The notes beneath the pieces are model-generated. The model was not told the origin of the DNA and ran no database searches. It was given only the letters and a program-made list of their open reading frames with translations. A program made the position numbers and the translations under genes. From Rugosibacter sp. (lineage in GTDB: Bacteria; Pseudomonadota; Gammaproteobacteria; Burkholderiales; Rhodocyclaceae): a DNA stretch of 64,000 nucleotides. Shown piece after piece: positions 18,094 to 28,253 of this stretch (position 1 is the stretch's first letter; every line of letters starts with the position of its first letter). The stretch is from the NCBI GenBank assembly GCA_004322535.1, contig SCUZ01000063.1:5021-69020 (forward strand), given 5' to 3'.

Positions 18094-20469
18094 TTATTTG
18101 ATGCATACCGCACGTACCTGCTTGACGTCTGTCACGCCTTGCAGAGCTTTTTCCAGACCATCCATTTTCAACGTCAGCATGCCGTCGTCAAGTGCTTGCG
18201 AAAATAGCTGGGTGACGCGGGCATGCTCTTGAATCAGTTTTTTCAAAGGCTCGGTGCCTATCATTAGCTCATGTAAGCCCGCGCGCCCCTTGTAACCGGT
18301 TCCCCCACAGACATCACATCCTTTGGCACGATAAAACACAAGATGTCCTTCCTTGCCATAAGCCTTGATCAGGCGCGCCAATGTCGCATCGTAAGCCGCG
18401 TGAAAATCCGTTTTGAAGGCCTCTGTATTCATCAGCTCAGTGCAGTATTCGGTCATGAACAGCCTGACCTCGTCAGGCTCAGGGACATACGCCTCCTTGC
18501 ACTTGCAAAGCCGTTTGGCCAGGCGCTGAGCAAGAATGCCAAGCAAGGCATCGGAGAAATTAAACGGGTCCATACCCATATCGAGCAGACGGATGATGGA
18601 TTCTGGCGCGCTGTTAGTGTGTAGCGTAGCAAACACCAAATGGCCGGTAAGCGAGGCTTCGATACCGATGCTGGTGGTTTCGGCATCACGCATTTCACCG
18701 ACCATGATGATGTCCGGGTCGGCACGCAAGAAAGCCTTCATGACCGTGGGAAAATCCATCACCTTCTTGTTCACCTGTACTTGACGCAGGCCTTTCTGGG
18801 TGATTTCCACCGGGTCTTCAGCGGTCCATATTTTGGTGTCAACTGTATTCAAGTAACCCAACACCGAGTGCAGTGTAGTGGTTTTGCCGGAACCCGTCGG
18901 GCCGCAAACAAAAAAGAGGCCGTAGGGTTTGGCGATGGTTGCCTTGAGTTTTTCCAGGTTGGCTGGCAGGACACCCAGCTTATCGAGCGGGATGGGCTCA
19001 CCCCCGGCAAGAATCCGCATCACCACATCTTCAACGCCACCTGTAGAGGGAATCGTTGCTACCCGCAATTCAATATCCAGCGGGCCATATTTCTTGAACT
19101 TGATCTTGCCATCTTGCGGCTTGCGGCGTTCGGCAATATCAAGGTCGCACATGATTTTCAAACGTGCGACCATGGCACTGCGGTAACTGGCTGGCACTTC
19201 GATGTATTTAACTAACGTGCCATCCTTGCGAAAACGAATCAGCACTTTATCCTTGCCCAGGCCAGGCTCGATGTGGATGTCCGATGCCCCCTGCTGATAA
19301 GCATCGATAATGATTTTATTCACCAGTTTGACAAGCTCATTATCTGCTGCTGCCGAAATTTCGAGTCCCCCGCCTTCGGCTTCCATCTCATCCTGGTCAA
19401 GCGTAGCGAGCATATCGCCCACTGAACTATCGTCGGTAAACCCGGGCACTCCGCTCGCGCCAAAAAGCTGATCAAGGGTTTGGCGAAATTCGTGATGTGA
19501 CGTGACACGATAGTCAATCTTGCCCCGCGGAAAAATATTCTTCACTACTCGCGCGCCCATCACCTGCTCGGGGTCTGTACAAACAACCACAATGCCTCCT
19601 GCCCCTTCTTCAACAGGCGCCCACTGATTTTGCTGCAGGTATTCCCATTTTAGATTTTTGAGTAAATCGACAGGCTTGATGCGATCGCTTCTGAATGGCT
19701 CATAAGGCACACCAAAGAACTTGGCTAGTGCAACACCCAACATACCTGGCTTAACCTGAAACTCGTTGATCAGCACTTCTTCCAAGTCAAGATTTTTACG
19801 TCGAGCTGTACGCTGTGCTAACTCAAGCTCTTGTGCAGAAATCACTGCATCGGCGATGAGAAAGTCGTATTTTGTTTTCACCGCCTGAACTAACTTGTTG
19901 CGCTGAGAAAACGCAATCGCGAGTGTTTCGCATAAGCTCTTGATACCCTCCTCAGCTACCCTCGAAAAAGGCGCTCCATCTTTAGTATTAAGTATCTGCA
20001 CCACACCGATCAGATCATTACTTGGTACATCAATGATCGGTGCAACAAGCATCTGCTTGGTGCGATAGCCTGTACGTTTATCGACTTCCTTCAAAAATCG
20101 GAGCAAGGGACTGATCGCGTTGAGCTCCGTTTCGTCATACACATCGCGAATATTTACAATACTTCTGGAAAGCGCGACGTGTCCCGCAATGCTTTGCTCG
20201 GAAATAGGCAGACGCAAATCCTTTAATGTATTCAGTCCTGTTTTTACTTTCGAGACAATCGATGCTTTATCTTCGCCAACAGCGTAAATAGTTAAGCGAT
20301 CCGCATTAAACAGGCCACATACATCGACTGAAAGCTCCAGCATGAGTTCATCAATATCTGATGCCGAATGAATTCTGTTAGTCACCGTCTGCAGATTCTT
20401 CAAGAAAACCAGGCGGCTTTCGCCTTCTGCTCCCGGTCCATCAATTTTTTTGTTCACTAGGGTATTCAT
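18094..20469 (-). CDS. GAF-domain-fused GspE/PilB-family secretion/pilus ATPase
   Basis: 791 aa. N-terminal GAF (IAGHVA..TGYRTKQMLVAPI..IGVVQILN), a GspE_N-like region, Walker A GPTGSGKTTT, IIMVGEMRD, the His box TGHLVFATLHTN, and CKCK...CDVCGGTGYKGR. Confidence 0.88.
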   Translation of the reverse strand: MNTLVNKKIDGPGAEGESRLVFLKNLQTVTNRIHSASDIDELMLELSVDVCGLFNADRLTIYAVGEDKASIVSKVKTGLNTLKDLRLPISEQSIAGHVALSRSIVNIRDVYDETELNAISPLLRFLKEVDKRTGYRTKQMLVAPIIDVPSNDLIGVVQILNTKDGAPFSRVAEEGIKSLCETLAIAFSQRNKLVQAVKTKYDFLIADAVISAQELELAQRTARRKNLDLEEVLINEFQVKPGMLGVALAKFFGVPYEPFRSDRIKPVDLLKNLKWEYLQQNQWAPVEEGAGGIVVVCTDPEQVMGARVVKNIFPRGKIDYRVTSHHEFRQTLDQLFGASGVPGFTDDSSVGDMLATLDQDEMEAEGGGLEISAAADNELVKLVNKIIIDAYQQGASDIHIEPGLGKDKVLIRFRKDGTLVKYIEVPASYRSAMVARLKIMCDLDIAERRKPQDGKIKFKKYGPLDIELRVATIPSTGGVEDVVMRILAGGEPIPLDKLGVLPANLEKLKATIAKPYGLFFVCGPTGSGKTTTLHSVLGYLNTVDTKIWTAEDPVEITQKGLRQVQVNKKVMDFPTVMKAFLRADPDIIMVGEMRDAETTSIGIEASLTGHLVFATLHTNSAPESIIRLLDMGMDPFNFSDALLGILAQRLAKRLCKCKEAYVPEPDEVRLFMTEYCTELMNTEAFKTDFHAAYDATLARLIKAYGKEGHLVFYRAKGCDVCGGTGYKGRAGLHELMIGTEPLKKLIQEHARVTQLFSQALDDGMLTLKMDGLEKALQGVTDVKQVRAVCIK

Positions 20470-20617
20470 TTAATAATTTCCAGAGAAGCCATCTCGTCGC
20501 ATCGATCTCGCTCAAAGATGTTACTCAAAAAGCCAACTAGCCTGCTGGAGTCACCATGCCCTATGGCGAAAATGAGTTTTATCGCAAGCACGGCTTCAGA
20601 AATGAGTGTCGAATAGT

Positions 20618-21382
20618 TCATATTTGAAATATTTGATGTCCTTGTAAAATTCGCAAATGATATGCACCGCTATAAGCCGCCAGCTCCTGCATCGTCATTT
20701 CGATTTGCCCGGGTTTCAAGTGGGTAATAAAAATCTCTGCTTCATGCTGCCACTGGACTAGCTCTTTCATCAACAAACTAGGGCACAGATGCAGCGACTT
20801 AATGGCAAGTTCTTTTTCCTGATCAGGAAAAGCGCATTCGATGATCAAATAACTCAGGTTTTGAATTTTATTTACCACCGTCCAAAATTCAGGGCAAGGA
20901 CCGGTATCACCTGAAAAAACCAGGCTTGCATTGCCAGAATCAAGCTGATATCCCACCGCAGGCACGGTATGGTTCGCAGGTAGCGGGGTAATCATGCGGC
21001 CCTTGATCGTCACAGTTTCTCCCACAAGAATCGGCGAGTAAGCAAGGAATGGTTTATCGTGTGGCATCTGGCTGAAGTCTGGCCAAATTAGCCAATTAAA
21101 AATATGCTCGCGCAGAATACGAATGGTGGCTTCGGTTGCATGAATGATCAGCGGTCGATCCCGCATATCGCCAACGGCGTCAACAATGAAAGCCAACGAT
21201 GTCACATGGTCCAAGTGAGAATGTGTAATAAACACATGATCGATTTGCTTTAACTCGGCAATGGATAAATCGCCAACACCTGTACCTGCATCAATCAGGA
21301 TGTCATGATCAACCAAAAATGACGTTGTCCGTAGATGATGGCCACCTATCCCGCCACTACACCCGAGCACACGTATTTTCAT
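20618..21382 (-). CDS. Class II 3',5'-cyclic-nucleotide phosphodiesterase (MBL fold)
   Basis: MKIRVLGCSGGIGG...ITHSHLDHVTSLAFIV, close to the class II cAMP-PDE signature HxHLDH. Start moved to ATG 21382. Confidence 0.75.
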   Translation of the reverse strand: MKIRVLGCSGGIGGHHLRTTSFLVDHDILIDAGTGVGDLSIAELKQIDHVFITHSHLDHVTSLAFIVDAVGDMRDRPLIIHATEATIRILREHIFNWLIWPDFSQMPHDKPFLAYSPILVGETVTIKGRMITPLPANHTVPAVGYQLDSGNASLVFSGDTGPCPEFWTVVNKIQNLSYLIIECAFPDQEKELAIKSLHLCPSLLMKELVQWQHEAEIFITHLKPGQIEMTMQELAAYSGAYHLRILQGHQIFQI

Positions 21383-21502
21383 GTCAATTATCGCTAGTCG
21401 ATTGACCAACGCAGGTTGAAAGGTTCTGCAATGAGGCGATAAGTACTAATCCAACAAATGTCACATACTTTTGGCCAGAATCCGTTGATTGAAGCGCTGC
21501 CA

Positions 21503-22303
21503 TCAATTTTTCAAAAAGAAGGTCATTTTGATCCCCGCCAAATCAATAACATCGTAGTCTCTGAGCGGCTGCGCCTGGGCACCGATCAGTGTGCCATTGA
21601 CCGCAGGAAAACTTGCGCCTTCGACGTGGGTAATAAAATAGCCTTGGGGTAAGCGCGCAATCACCGCCACTTGAATCTTGGGCTTACCCAGCGTGGTAAG
21701 ACTCTTGGTTAGCTCCAATTCCTTACCCGCATTACTACCCGAAAGAATTTGGATCGCACCCAATGGCAGCGGTGCAACAGGTTCGGTCGCAGCAAGAGTT
21801 GAAGCTACAGGCGTTGGGGTGGCATGATCTACCGGGTCCGGCGCAACAACAGGTTGTGCCATGACTTCGTTATTTGGCGCCGGGGGTGCAGCATTTGTTA
21901 CTGCACTTGCTGCGTTATGGCTTTCAGCCGATGGCGTCATGGCAGCAGCCATGGCCACTGTGCCAGGGCGAAAAATCAAGGTGCGCTCAAAATCATCATT
22001 GCGGGGAGAGTGCACAACGTCACTTACATACTTAAGGCTGTATTTACCTAACGTGATGACATCCCCAGTCTGTAAAAAATGTTTTTTGATTGACTGGTTA
22101 TTGACGAAAGTACCATTTGTACTATTGAGGTCTTCCAGGAAGGAATCGTTATAAATAGTAATAATGGCGGCGTGCTCGCCAGAGATGGCCAGATTATCAA
22201 TCTGAATGTCGTTATGCGGTTTGCGACCAATCGTCGTTCGCTCTTTGGTGAGCGGGATTTCTTTAAGAGTCGCACCATCAATGCTAAGTATGAGTTTTGA
22301 CAT
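21503..22303 (-). CDS. Protein with two FHA domains
   Basis: N-terminal FHA (TTIGRKPHNDIQIDNLAISGEHAAI...STNGTFVNNQ), a Pro/Ala-rich linker, and a C-terminal FHA-like domain (TTLGKPKIQ...VNGTLI). Confidence 0.8.
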   Translation of the reverse strand: MSKLILSIDGATLKEIPLTKERTTIGRKPHNDIQIDNLAISGEHAAIITIYNDSFLEDLNSTNGTFVNNQSIKKHFLQTGDVITLGKYSLKYVSDVVHSPRNDDFERTLIFRPGTVAMAAAMTPSAESHNAASAVTNAAPPAPNNEVMAQPVVAPDPVDHATPTPVASTLAATEPVAPLPLGAIQILSGSNAGKELELTKSLTTLGKPKIQVAVIARLPQGYFITHVEGASFPAVNGTLIGAQAQPLRDYDVIDLAGIKMTFFLKN

Positions 22304-22328
22304 TCTTTTATTCCTTCATGACTCTACA

Positions 22329-23156
22329 TTACTTGAAACAAGTTAAGAGGCGATGCCACCAGCTAACAGAAACCGGGCTCGGGATCGGTTCTTTTACCTT
22401 GACCAGAATGACAGAAACATTATCGCACCCGCCATTGTCATTTGCTGATTGTATCAACTGCGACGCACACAAATCGAGATTAGCCGACAACGCATTCAGC
22501 GTCATGCCAATCTCTTTATCCGACACCATATCATTGAGTCCGTCAGAACAAAATAGATAAACATCCTCACTCATTACCTCAAAATCGTGGATTTCAGCAG
22601 AGACTTGCGCATCAATGCCTACAGCGCGCGTCACCAGATTTTTATTTCGCGACAATTGTGCCTGCTCACGAGTCAATAATCCACTGGCGATTTTTTCTTC
22701 CAGCCACGAGTGATCCCGGGTGATTTGAATAAATTCGTTATCTCGCCATCGATACGCACGAGAGTCACCAATATGCGCCACGGTCAGCTGATTGCCTTGA
22801 AACACCCCAATGACGAGTGTAGTTCCCATGCCGGCATACTGTGCCTGGCTTTGTGCCGCCGAAAAGATAGCCCGATTGGTTTCGGTAACCCCGATGTCCA
22901 ATGCGACGTGCGTCGAGGACAAGGCAGCGGCCAGCGTGGCCCCCACCTCACGCTTGGCAGCAGAATTTTCCAGCCACTTCCCTAGCATCGAGGTAGCCAT
23001 GCCGCTGGCAACTTCGCCTGCGTTATAGCCACCCATGCCATCGGCAAGGACGACAATGCCACATGCAGCGTTCGCCAAAACAGAATCCTCGTTATTTGAT
23101 CGAACCTTGCCTGCATCTGTCCGAGTGACTATTTCCAGCACGACATCACGCTGCAT
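22329..23156 (-). CDS. PP2C-family Ser/Thr protein phosphatase
   Basis: RSNNEDS...LADGMGG...CSDGLNDMV...DNGGCDNVSVILV, the PPM metal-binding motifs. Confidence 0.88.
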   Translation of the reverse strand: MQRDVVLEIVTRTDAGKVRSNNEDSVLANAACGIVVLADGMGGYNAGEVASGMATSMLGKWLENSAAKREVGATLAAALSSTHVALDIGVTETNRAIFSAAQSQAQYAGMGTTLVIGVFQGNQLTVAHIGDSRAYRWRDNEFIQITRDHSWLEEKIASGLLTREQAQLSRNKNLVTRAVGIDAQVSAEIHDFEVMSEDVYLFCSDGLNDMVSDKEIGMTLNALSANLDLCASQLIQSANDNGGCDNVSVILVKVKEPIPSPVSVSWWHRLLTCFK

Positions 23157-23269
23157 TGTTCAGCTCCGTAAATATATTAATCTACACAGGAGCAATGGCT
23201 CGAGCTCGCGCGCCGTTCCTGCTTGGTGGGTTTGAATAATACAAGGCAACACGGTAAGTTTCACTAGCC

Positions 23270-23316
23270 CTGAAAACAAAAAAGCCGCTCCGGCATGCGC
23301 TGGAGCGGCTTTTTTC
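23270..23316 (-). terminator. Rho-independent terminator after sucD
   Basis: 9-bp stem AGCCGCTCC (23283-23291) / GGAGCGGCT (23302-23310), flanked by an A-run and a T-run, so potentially bidirectional. Confidence 0.75.
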
Positions 23317-23324
23317 AGTTCTCG

Positions 23325-23349
23325 CGCCGTATGACCAGCGCCGACTTTT
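23325..23349 (-). repeat. 25-nt dispersed repeat, reverse copy, 24/25
   Basis: cgccgtatgaccagcgccgactttt. Intergenic, between the sucD stop and its terminator. Confidence 0.92.
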
Positions 23350-23351
23350 CG

Positions 23352-24245
23352 TTACAGCATGGCTTTGAGCAATTTAGCCATTTCTGACGGATTGCGTGTT
23401 ACCTTGAAACCACAATCTTCCATAACCGCCAACTTGGCCTCTGCCGTATCCGCCCCGCCGGAAATCAACGCACCCGCATGGCCCATGCGTTTGCCCGCAG
23501 GTGCTGTCACGCCAGCGATAAAGCCGACGATGGGTTTTTTCATGTGGGCTTTGCACCATAGTGCCGCATCGGCTTCGTCCGGACCGCCGATTTCGCCAAT
23601 CATGATCACCGCATCAGTTTCCGGATCCTCATTGAACATCCGCATGATGTCGATATGTTTTAACCCGTTGATCGGATCGCCACCAATACCGACTGCCGAC
23701 GATTGGCCCAGGCCGATTTCGGTAAGCTGCGCCACCGCTTCATAGGTCAAGGTGCCGGAACGCGAAACCACCCCGATACGGCCCTTGCGATGAATATGGC
23801 CGGGCATGATGCCGATCTTGATTTCATCCGGCGTAATCAGGCCAGGGCAGTTGGGACCGAGCAGCAGGGTCTCTTTGCCACCGGCAGCCACTTTTTTCTT
23901 CATCTTGTTACGCACCATCAGCATGTCGCGCACAGGAATGCCTTCGGTGATGCAGATGGCCAAGTCGAGGTCGGCTTCGCAAGCTTCCCAGATCGCGTCG
24001 GCTGCACCTGCGGGCGGCACATAAATAACGGAAACCGTTGCGCCTGTTTCCGATTGGGCTTCCTTGACGGAAGCGTAAATGGGAATGTTGAAAATGCTCT
24101 CGCCCGCTTTTTTCGGATTTACGCCAGCAACAAAGCAATTCTTGCCGTTGGCGTATTCCTGACATTTTTCAGTATGGAACTGCCCGGTTTTACCGGTAAT
24201 GCCTTGCGTGATGACCTTGGTGTTTTTATCAATCAGAATGGACAT
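23352..24245 (-). CDS. sucD: Succinate--CoA ligase subunit alpha
   Basis: MSILIDKNTKVITQGITGKTGQFH ... SRSGTLTYE ... GHAGA. Confidence 0.96.
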   Translation of the reverse strand: MSILIDKNTKVITQGITGKTGQFHTEKCQEYANGKNCFVAGVNPKKAGESIFNIPIYASVKEAQSETGATVSVIYVPPAGAADAIWEACEADLDLAICITEGIPVRDMLMVRNKMKKKVAAGGKETLLLGPNCPGLITPDEIKIGIMPGHIHRKGRIGVVSRSGTLTYEAVAQLTEIGLGQSSAVGIGGDPINGLKHIDIMRMFNEDPETDAVIMIGEIGGPDEADAALWCKAHMKKPIVGFIAGVTAPAGKRMGHAGALISGGADTAEAKLAVMEDCGFKVTRNPSEMAKLLKAML

Positions 24246-24257
24246 GGTTAATTTTCC

Positions 24258-25442
<1,185 letters not shown>

Positions 25443-25537
25443 GCGTCATCCTTATCCTTGTGGTCAATGGTTAATGCTACTGGGGGGGGTAATGGTGTTT
25501 GAAAATGATGAGACTTTTTGATTTTAACCGGCCTAAT

Positions 25538-26116
25538 TTAGTTGTCGGCCTTATTTTGTACATACCATCGCGGATAGAAGCGCCGCACGGTCTCCGAAGA
25601 AATTTCCAGCGCATGGCATTTATCGAGCTGAACAGGTTGTCTTGTGACTCGATCGTCCCAATCCATGACGCCATCCTCGCGCTGAAGACTAGCCATGGTC
25701 TGGAAAGCAGCGGTGGGCAACGCGCCCAGCAGCTCGGTAACATGTGAGCAGCCACGCACCCCGCCAAAGCGCTCAGTCACCGCACGACGAAAGCCTTTGA
25801 GTAAGCTCAAGCCAATCAATTGCCGATACACCGGTGCAATCGTGTCGCAACCGCCGGGATAGGGCACCGCATCTGAACTGGCAACTGCGTCGTGAATGGT
25901 CATGTTGAGATCCACGGTAACCCGCACGCGCATATCATGCAAAGGCTCGCCTTTAATGCGCACGCCCAGCGAAGGTGGCAGCGGATAATCCTTGTCTTTC
26001 AGATCAGTCATGCGTGCTTCAATATCCAGCATTCCATCTTCACGATGCCAGCATTCGATTTCGACGCGGCGAATATGAACTATTTTTCGAGAAACAGTGG
26101 GAGCAGGTAAAGGCAT
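25538..26116 (-). CDS. Conserved hypothetical protein (DUF2889-like; family assignment tentative)
   Basis: 192 aa, with ..RGCSHVTELLGALPTAAFQT.. ATG 26116 preferred over the TTG at 26122. Confidence 0.5.
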   Translation of the reverse strand: MPLPAPTVSRKIVHIRRVEIECWHREDGMLDIEARMTDLKDKDYPLPPSLGVRIKGEPLHDMRVRVTVDLNMTIHDAVASSDAVPYPGGCDTIAPVYRQLIGLSLLKGFRRAVTERFGGVRGCSHVTELLGALPTAAFQTMASLQREDGVMDWDDRVTRQPVQLDKCHALEISSETVRRFYPRWYVQNKADN

Positions 26117-26416
26117 GTGCAAACCAGGCAGACTGGGTAACTGAATGACTTAAGGGCGGGAAAGTGGATGGAATCTCAAAAATGGCTTGCAAGGGGTAGA
26201 GTGACAGCGACTTGAAGTGACTTGGCTGTCCCGCCCTTTTGTTGCGGTGCAAGATAATACCATGAGGCTTTACCATCCTGCTTGGCCTTGAACTCACAGC
26301 GTTTGCGTTTGTTATTGCCTGTGCTTCCCTCCCCGATTTCCCTCCCCATATCTTTCAATAGGATGAATTTGCTTTTATCCTGTTCACTGTTTTCTACCAA
26401 CCCAGACCAAAATGCC

Positions 26417-26977
26417 ATGACGCCCCCCCCTCAAACTCATCAACCGATGCAACTGGCGACGTTAGGTGGCGGTTGTTTCTGGTGCCTTGAAGCGGCCTTC
26501 ATTCAACTCGCCGGGATAAATTCAGTGATCTCCGGCTATGCGGGCGGTTACACGGACAATCCCGATTACACCAGCGTGTGCAGTGAGCGCACCGGCCATG
26601 CGGAAGTCGTTCAAGTGCATTTCGATCCGACGCTCATTGACTACCACACACTGCTCGAAGCCTTTTTTGCCATTCATGATCCGACCACGCTCAACCGGCA
26701 GGGCAACGATGTTGGCACGCAATATCGCTCCGTCATTTTCACTCATGATGCCGAACAAGCCACCAGTGCAAATGTACTGATTGCCGAGCTCACCGCGAAT
26801 CAAATATGGCCGGAACCTATCGTCACCGCCGTCTTGCCAGCACCGACTTTCTGGCCGGCGGAAGCGTATCACCAGAATTATTTTGCAAATAATCCCAACC
26901 AGCCCTACTGCCAGTTTGTTGTTGGGCCGAAAGCGGCGAAGTTACGCCAGGTTTTTGCGCACCGTTTAAAAAAATAA
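26417..26977 (+). CDS. msrA: Peptide-methionine (S)-S-oxide reductase
   Basis: ATLGGGCFWCLEA active site, GHAEVVQV, DPTTLNRQGND.G.QYRS. Start moved to ATG 26417. Confidence 0.92.
   Translation: MTPPPQTHQPMQLATLGGGCFWCLEAAFIQLAGINSVISGYAGGYTDNPDYTSVCSERTGHAEVVQVHFDPTLIDYHTLLEAFFAIHDPTTLNRQGNDVGTQYRSVIFTHDAEQATSANVLIAELTANQIWPEPIVTAVLPAPTFWPAEAYHQNYFANNPNQPYCQFVVGPKAAKLRQVFAHRLKK
26827..26851 (-). repeat. 25-nt dispersed repeat, reverse copy, 20/25
   Basis: cgccgtcttgccagcaccgactttc. Inside msrA (AVLPAPTF). Confidence 0.55.
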
Positions 26978-26997
26978 CAACCGACTCAACCAGGGAG

Positions 26998-28158
26998 TCA
27001 GCGAGCGGCCTGTGCGCCGCGCATCAAGGCAGCCGCCTGACGATACGCGGCCAGCGCCTCGCCACGATGACCAGCCGCTTCAAGCACACGGGCGCGGTGT
27101 AAAAGTTCTTCTGCTGGATCAGCAGCAGCATTCATCTCCTTGGTGCTATTGCTGATTCTTTCAGTAGCCGTGCCAACTGCCGATCCAACCCTTGGCGTGG
27201 CATAACGCAGCCCCGCAGATTGCACCGCCGGGTTGCCACGCTGCGCTGAAATCATCAGGCCTGTGGCGGTGCGCGGCGCAGTCGTTCTGCTCACGGGCTT
27301 CTCTGCCTTGTGAATCGTCACCAGCGCATCGCGATACAGTTTTAATGCGGCGTCATGCTGCCCCGCCACTGCCATTTTCCTGGCCTGCTGCAACAACCTA
27401 TCGACACTATCCGATACGGGCTGCGAACGTATCGCCTGACCCCAGCTGCCCGCTGGCTGGGCAGCAATGGCAGCAAAATTTTTGCTGCCAGCGATCTCGC
27501 GGGCAATGATCACGTTATTGTTGCGCATCGCCCAACGCACCGCATTTTCGCCATTGTCATTATTGATCCCGCCTTGTGCTCCGGCTTTGAGCAAGGCAGT
27601 TGCAATCTCGGCCTGCCCTTCTCTTGCGGCCATCATGAGGGGTGTTGAACCATTCGGCGACAAGGCATTCACCTCAGCGCCCTGTGTCAGCAAATAGCGC
27701 ACAATGGCCTCGTGCCCGGCAAACGCGGCGTAGTGCAATGCAGACCATGCCTTACCCTGCCGACCGGGTTGCGCACCCTGTGCAATAAGCCAGCGCACGG
27801 CGTCAAGATGTCCCTTCCAGCTGGCATGCAACAAGGCGGTTTCACCATGCGCATTTACCGCATTGACATCTGCCCCGCGCGACAGAAACAACGCCATCAT
27901 GGAAATATTTCCTTCCCATGCGCCGATCATCAAGCCGCTGCCAATCAGGCTGCCTTCAAAATCCGGCGGCAGGCCAGTATCCAGCCATGCGCGCGCCTGC
28001 GCCACATCACCGCGCTCAATGGCAACCGAAAATGCGACGCGATCCGGCAGGCTGGTAGCCGAAGCAGGCGCGGTAGCAAACAGATTGGCCAGCGGATTGG
28101 CCAGCGCAGTAGACAATGTGGTCGCCAGAATGCACAGGCAGGCAGGCAGTTTTTTCAT
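26998..28158 (-). CDS. Secreted ankyrin-repeat protein with a helical (TPR-like) C-terminal region
   Basis: Signal peptide MKKLPACLCILATTLSTALA and at least 4 ANK repeats (GETALLHASWKGHLDAVRWLIAQGA; WSALHYAAFAGHEAIVRYLLTQGAEVN; GSTPLMMAAREGQAEIATALLKAGA). Confidence 0.8.
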   Translation of the reverse strand: MKKLPACLCILATTLSTALANPLANLFATAPASATSLPDRVAFSVAIERGDVAQARAWLDTGLPPDFEGSLIGSGLMIGAWEGNISMMALFLSRGADVNAVNAHGETALLHASWKGHLDAVRWLIAQGAQPGRQGKAWSALHYAAFAGHEAIVRYLLTQGAEVNALSPNGSTPLMMAAREGQAEIATALLKAGAQGGINNDNGENAVRWAMRNNNVIIAREIAGSKNFAAIAAQPAGSWGQAIRSQPVSDSVDRLLQQARKMAVAGQHDAALKLYRDALVTIHKAEKPVSRTTAPRTATGLMISAQRGNPAVQSAGLRYATPRVGSAVGTATERISNSTKEMNAAADPAEELLHRARVLEAAGHRGEALAAYRQAAALMRGAQAAR

Positions 28159-28190
28159 AACGTGCAGTATACCGGCCGGCCAAACCGCTA

Positions 28191-28222
28191 CTGTTGCTGT
28201 TGCTGTTGTTGCTGTTGTTGCT
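28191..28222. repeat. Imperfect (CTGTTG)n microsatellite
   Basis: ctgttgctgttgctgttgttgctgttgttgct, 33-64 nt upstream of the ankyrin-gene ATG and 32 nt downstream of the transglutaminase-gene stop. Confidence 0.9.
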
Positions 28223-28253
28223 CAGCTTCCATGTCGCTTGCCATATCATTAAG

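Noticed and set aside
26091-26116. The N-terminus MPLPAPTV of the DUF2889-like protein resembles the motif-encoded PAPTF peptide.
   Set aside because: At the DNA level only about 11/15 core positions match and there is no match in the extended part. This is probably coincidence.
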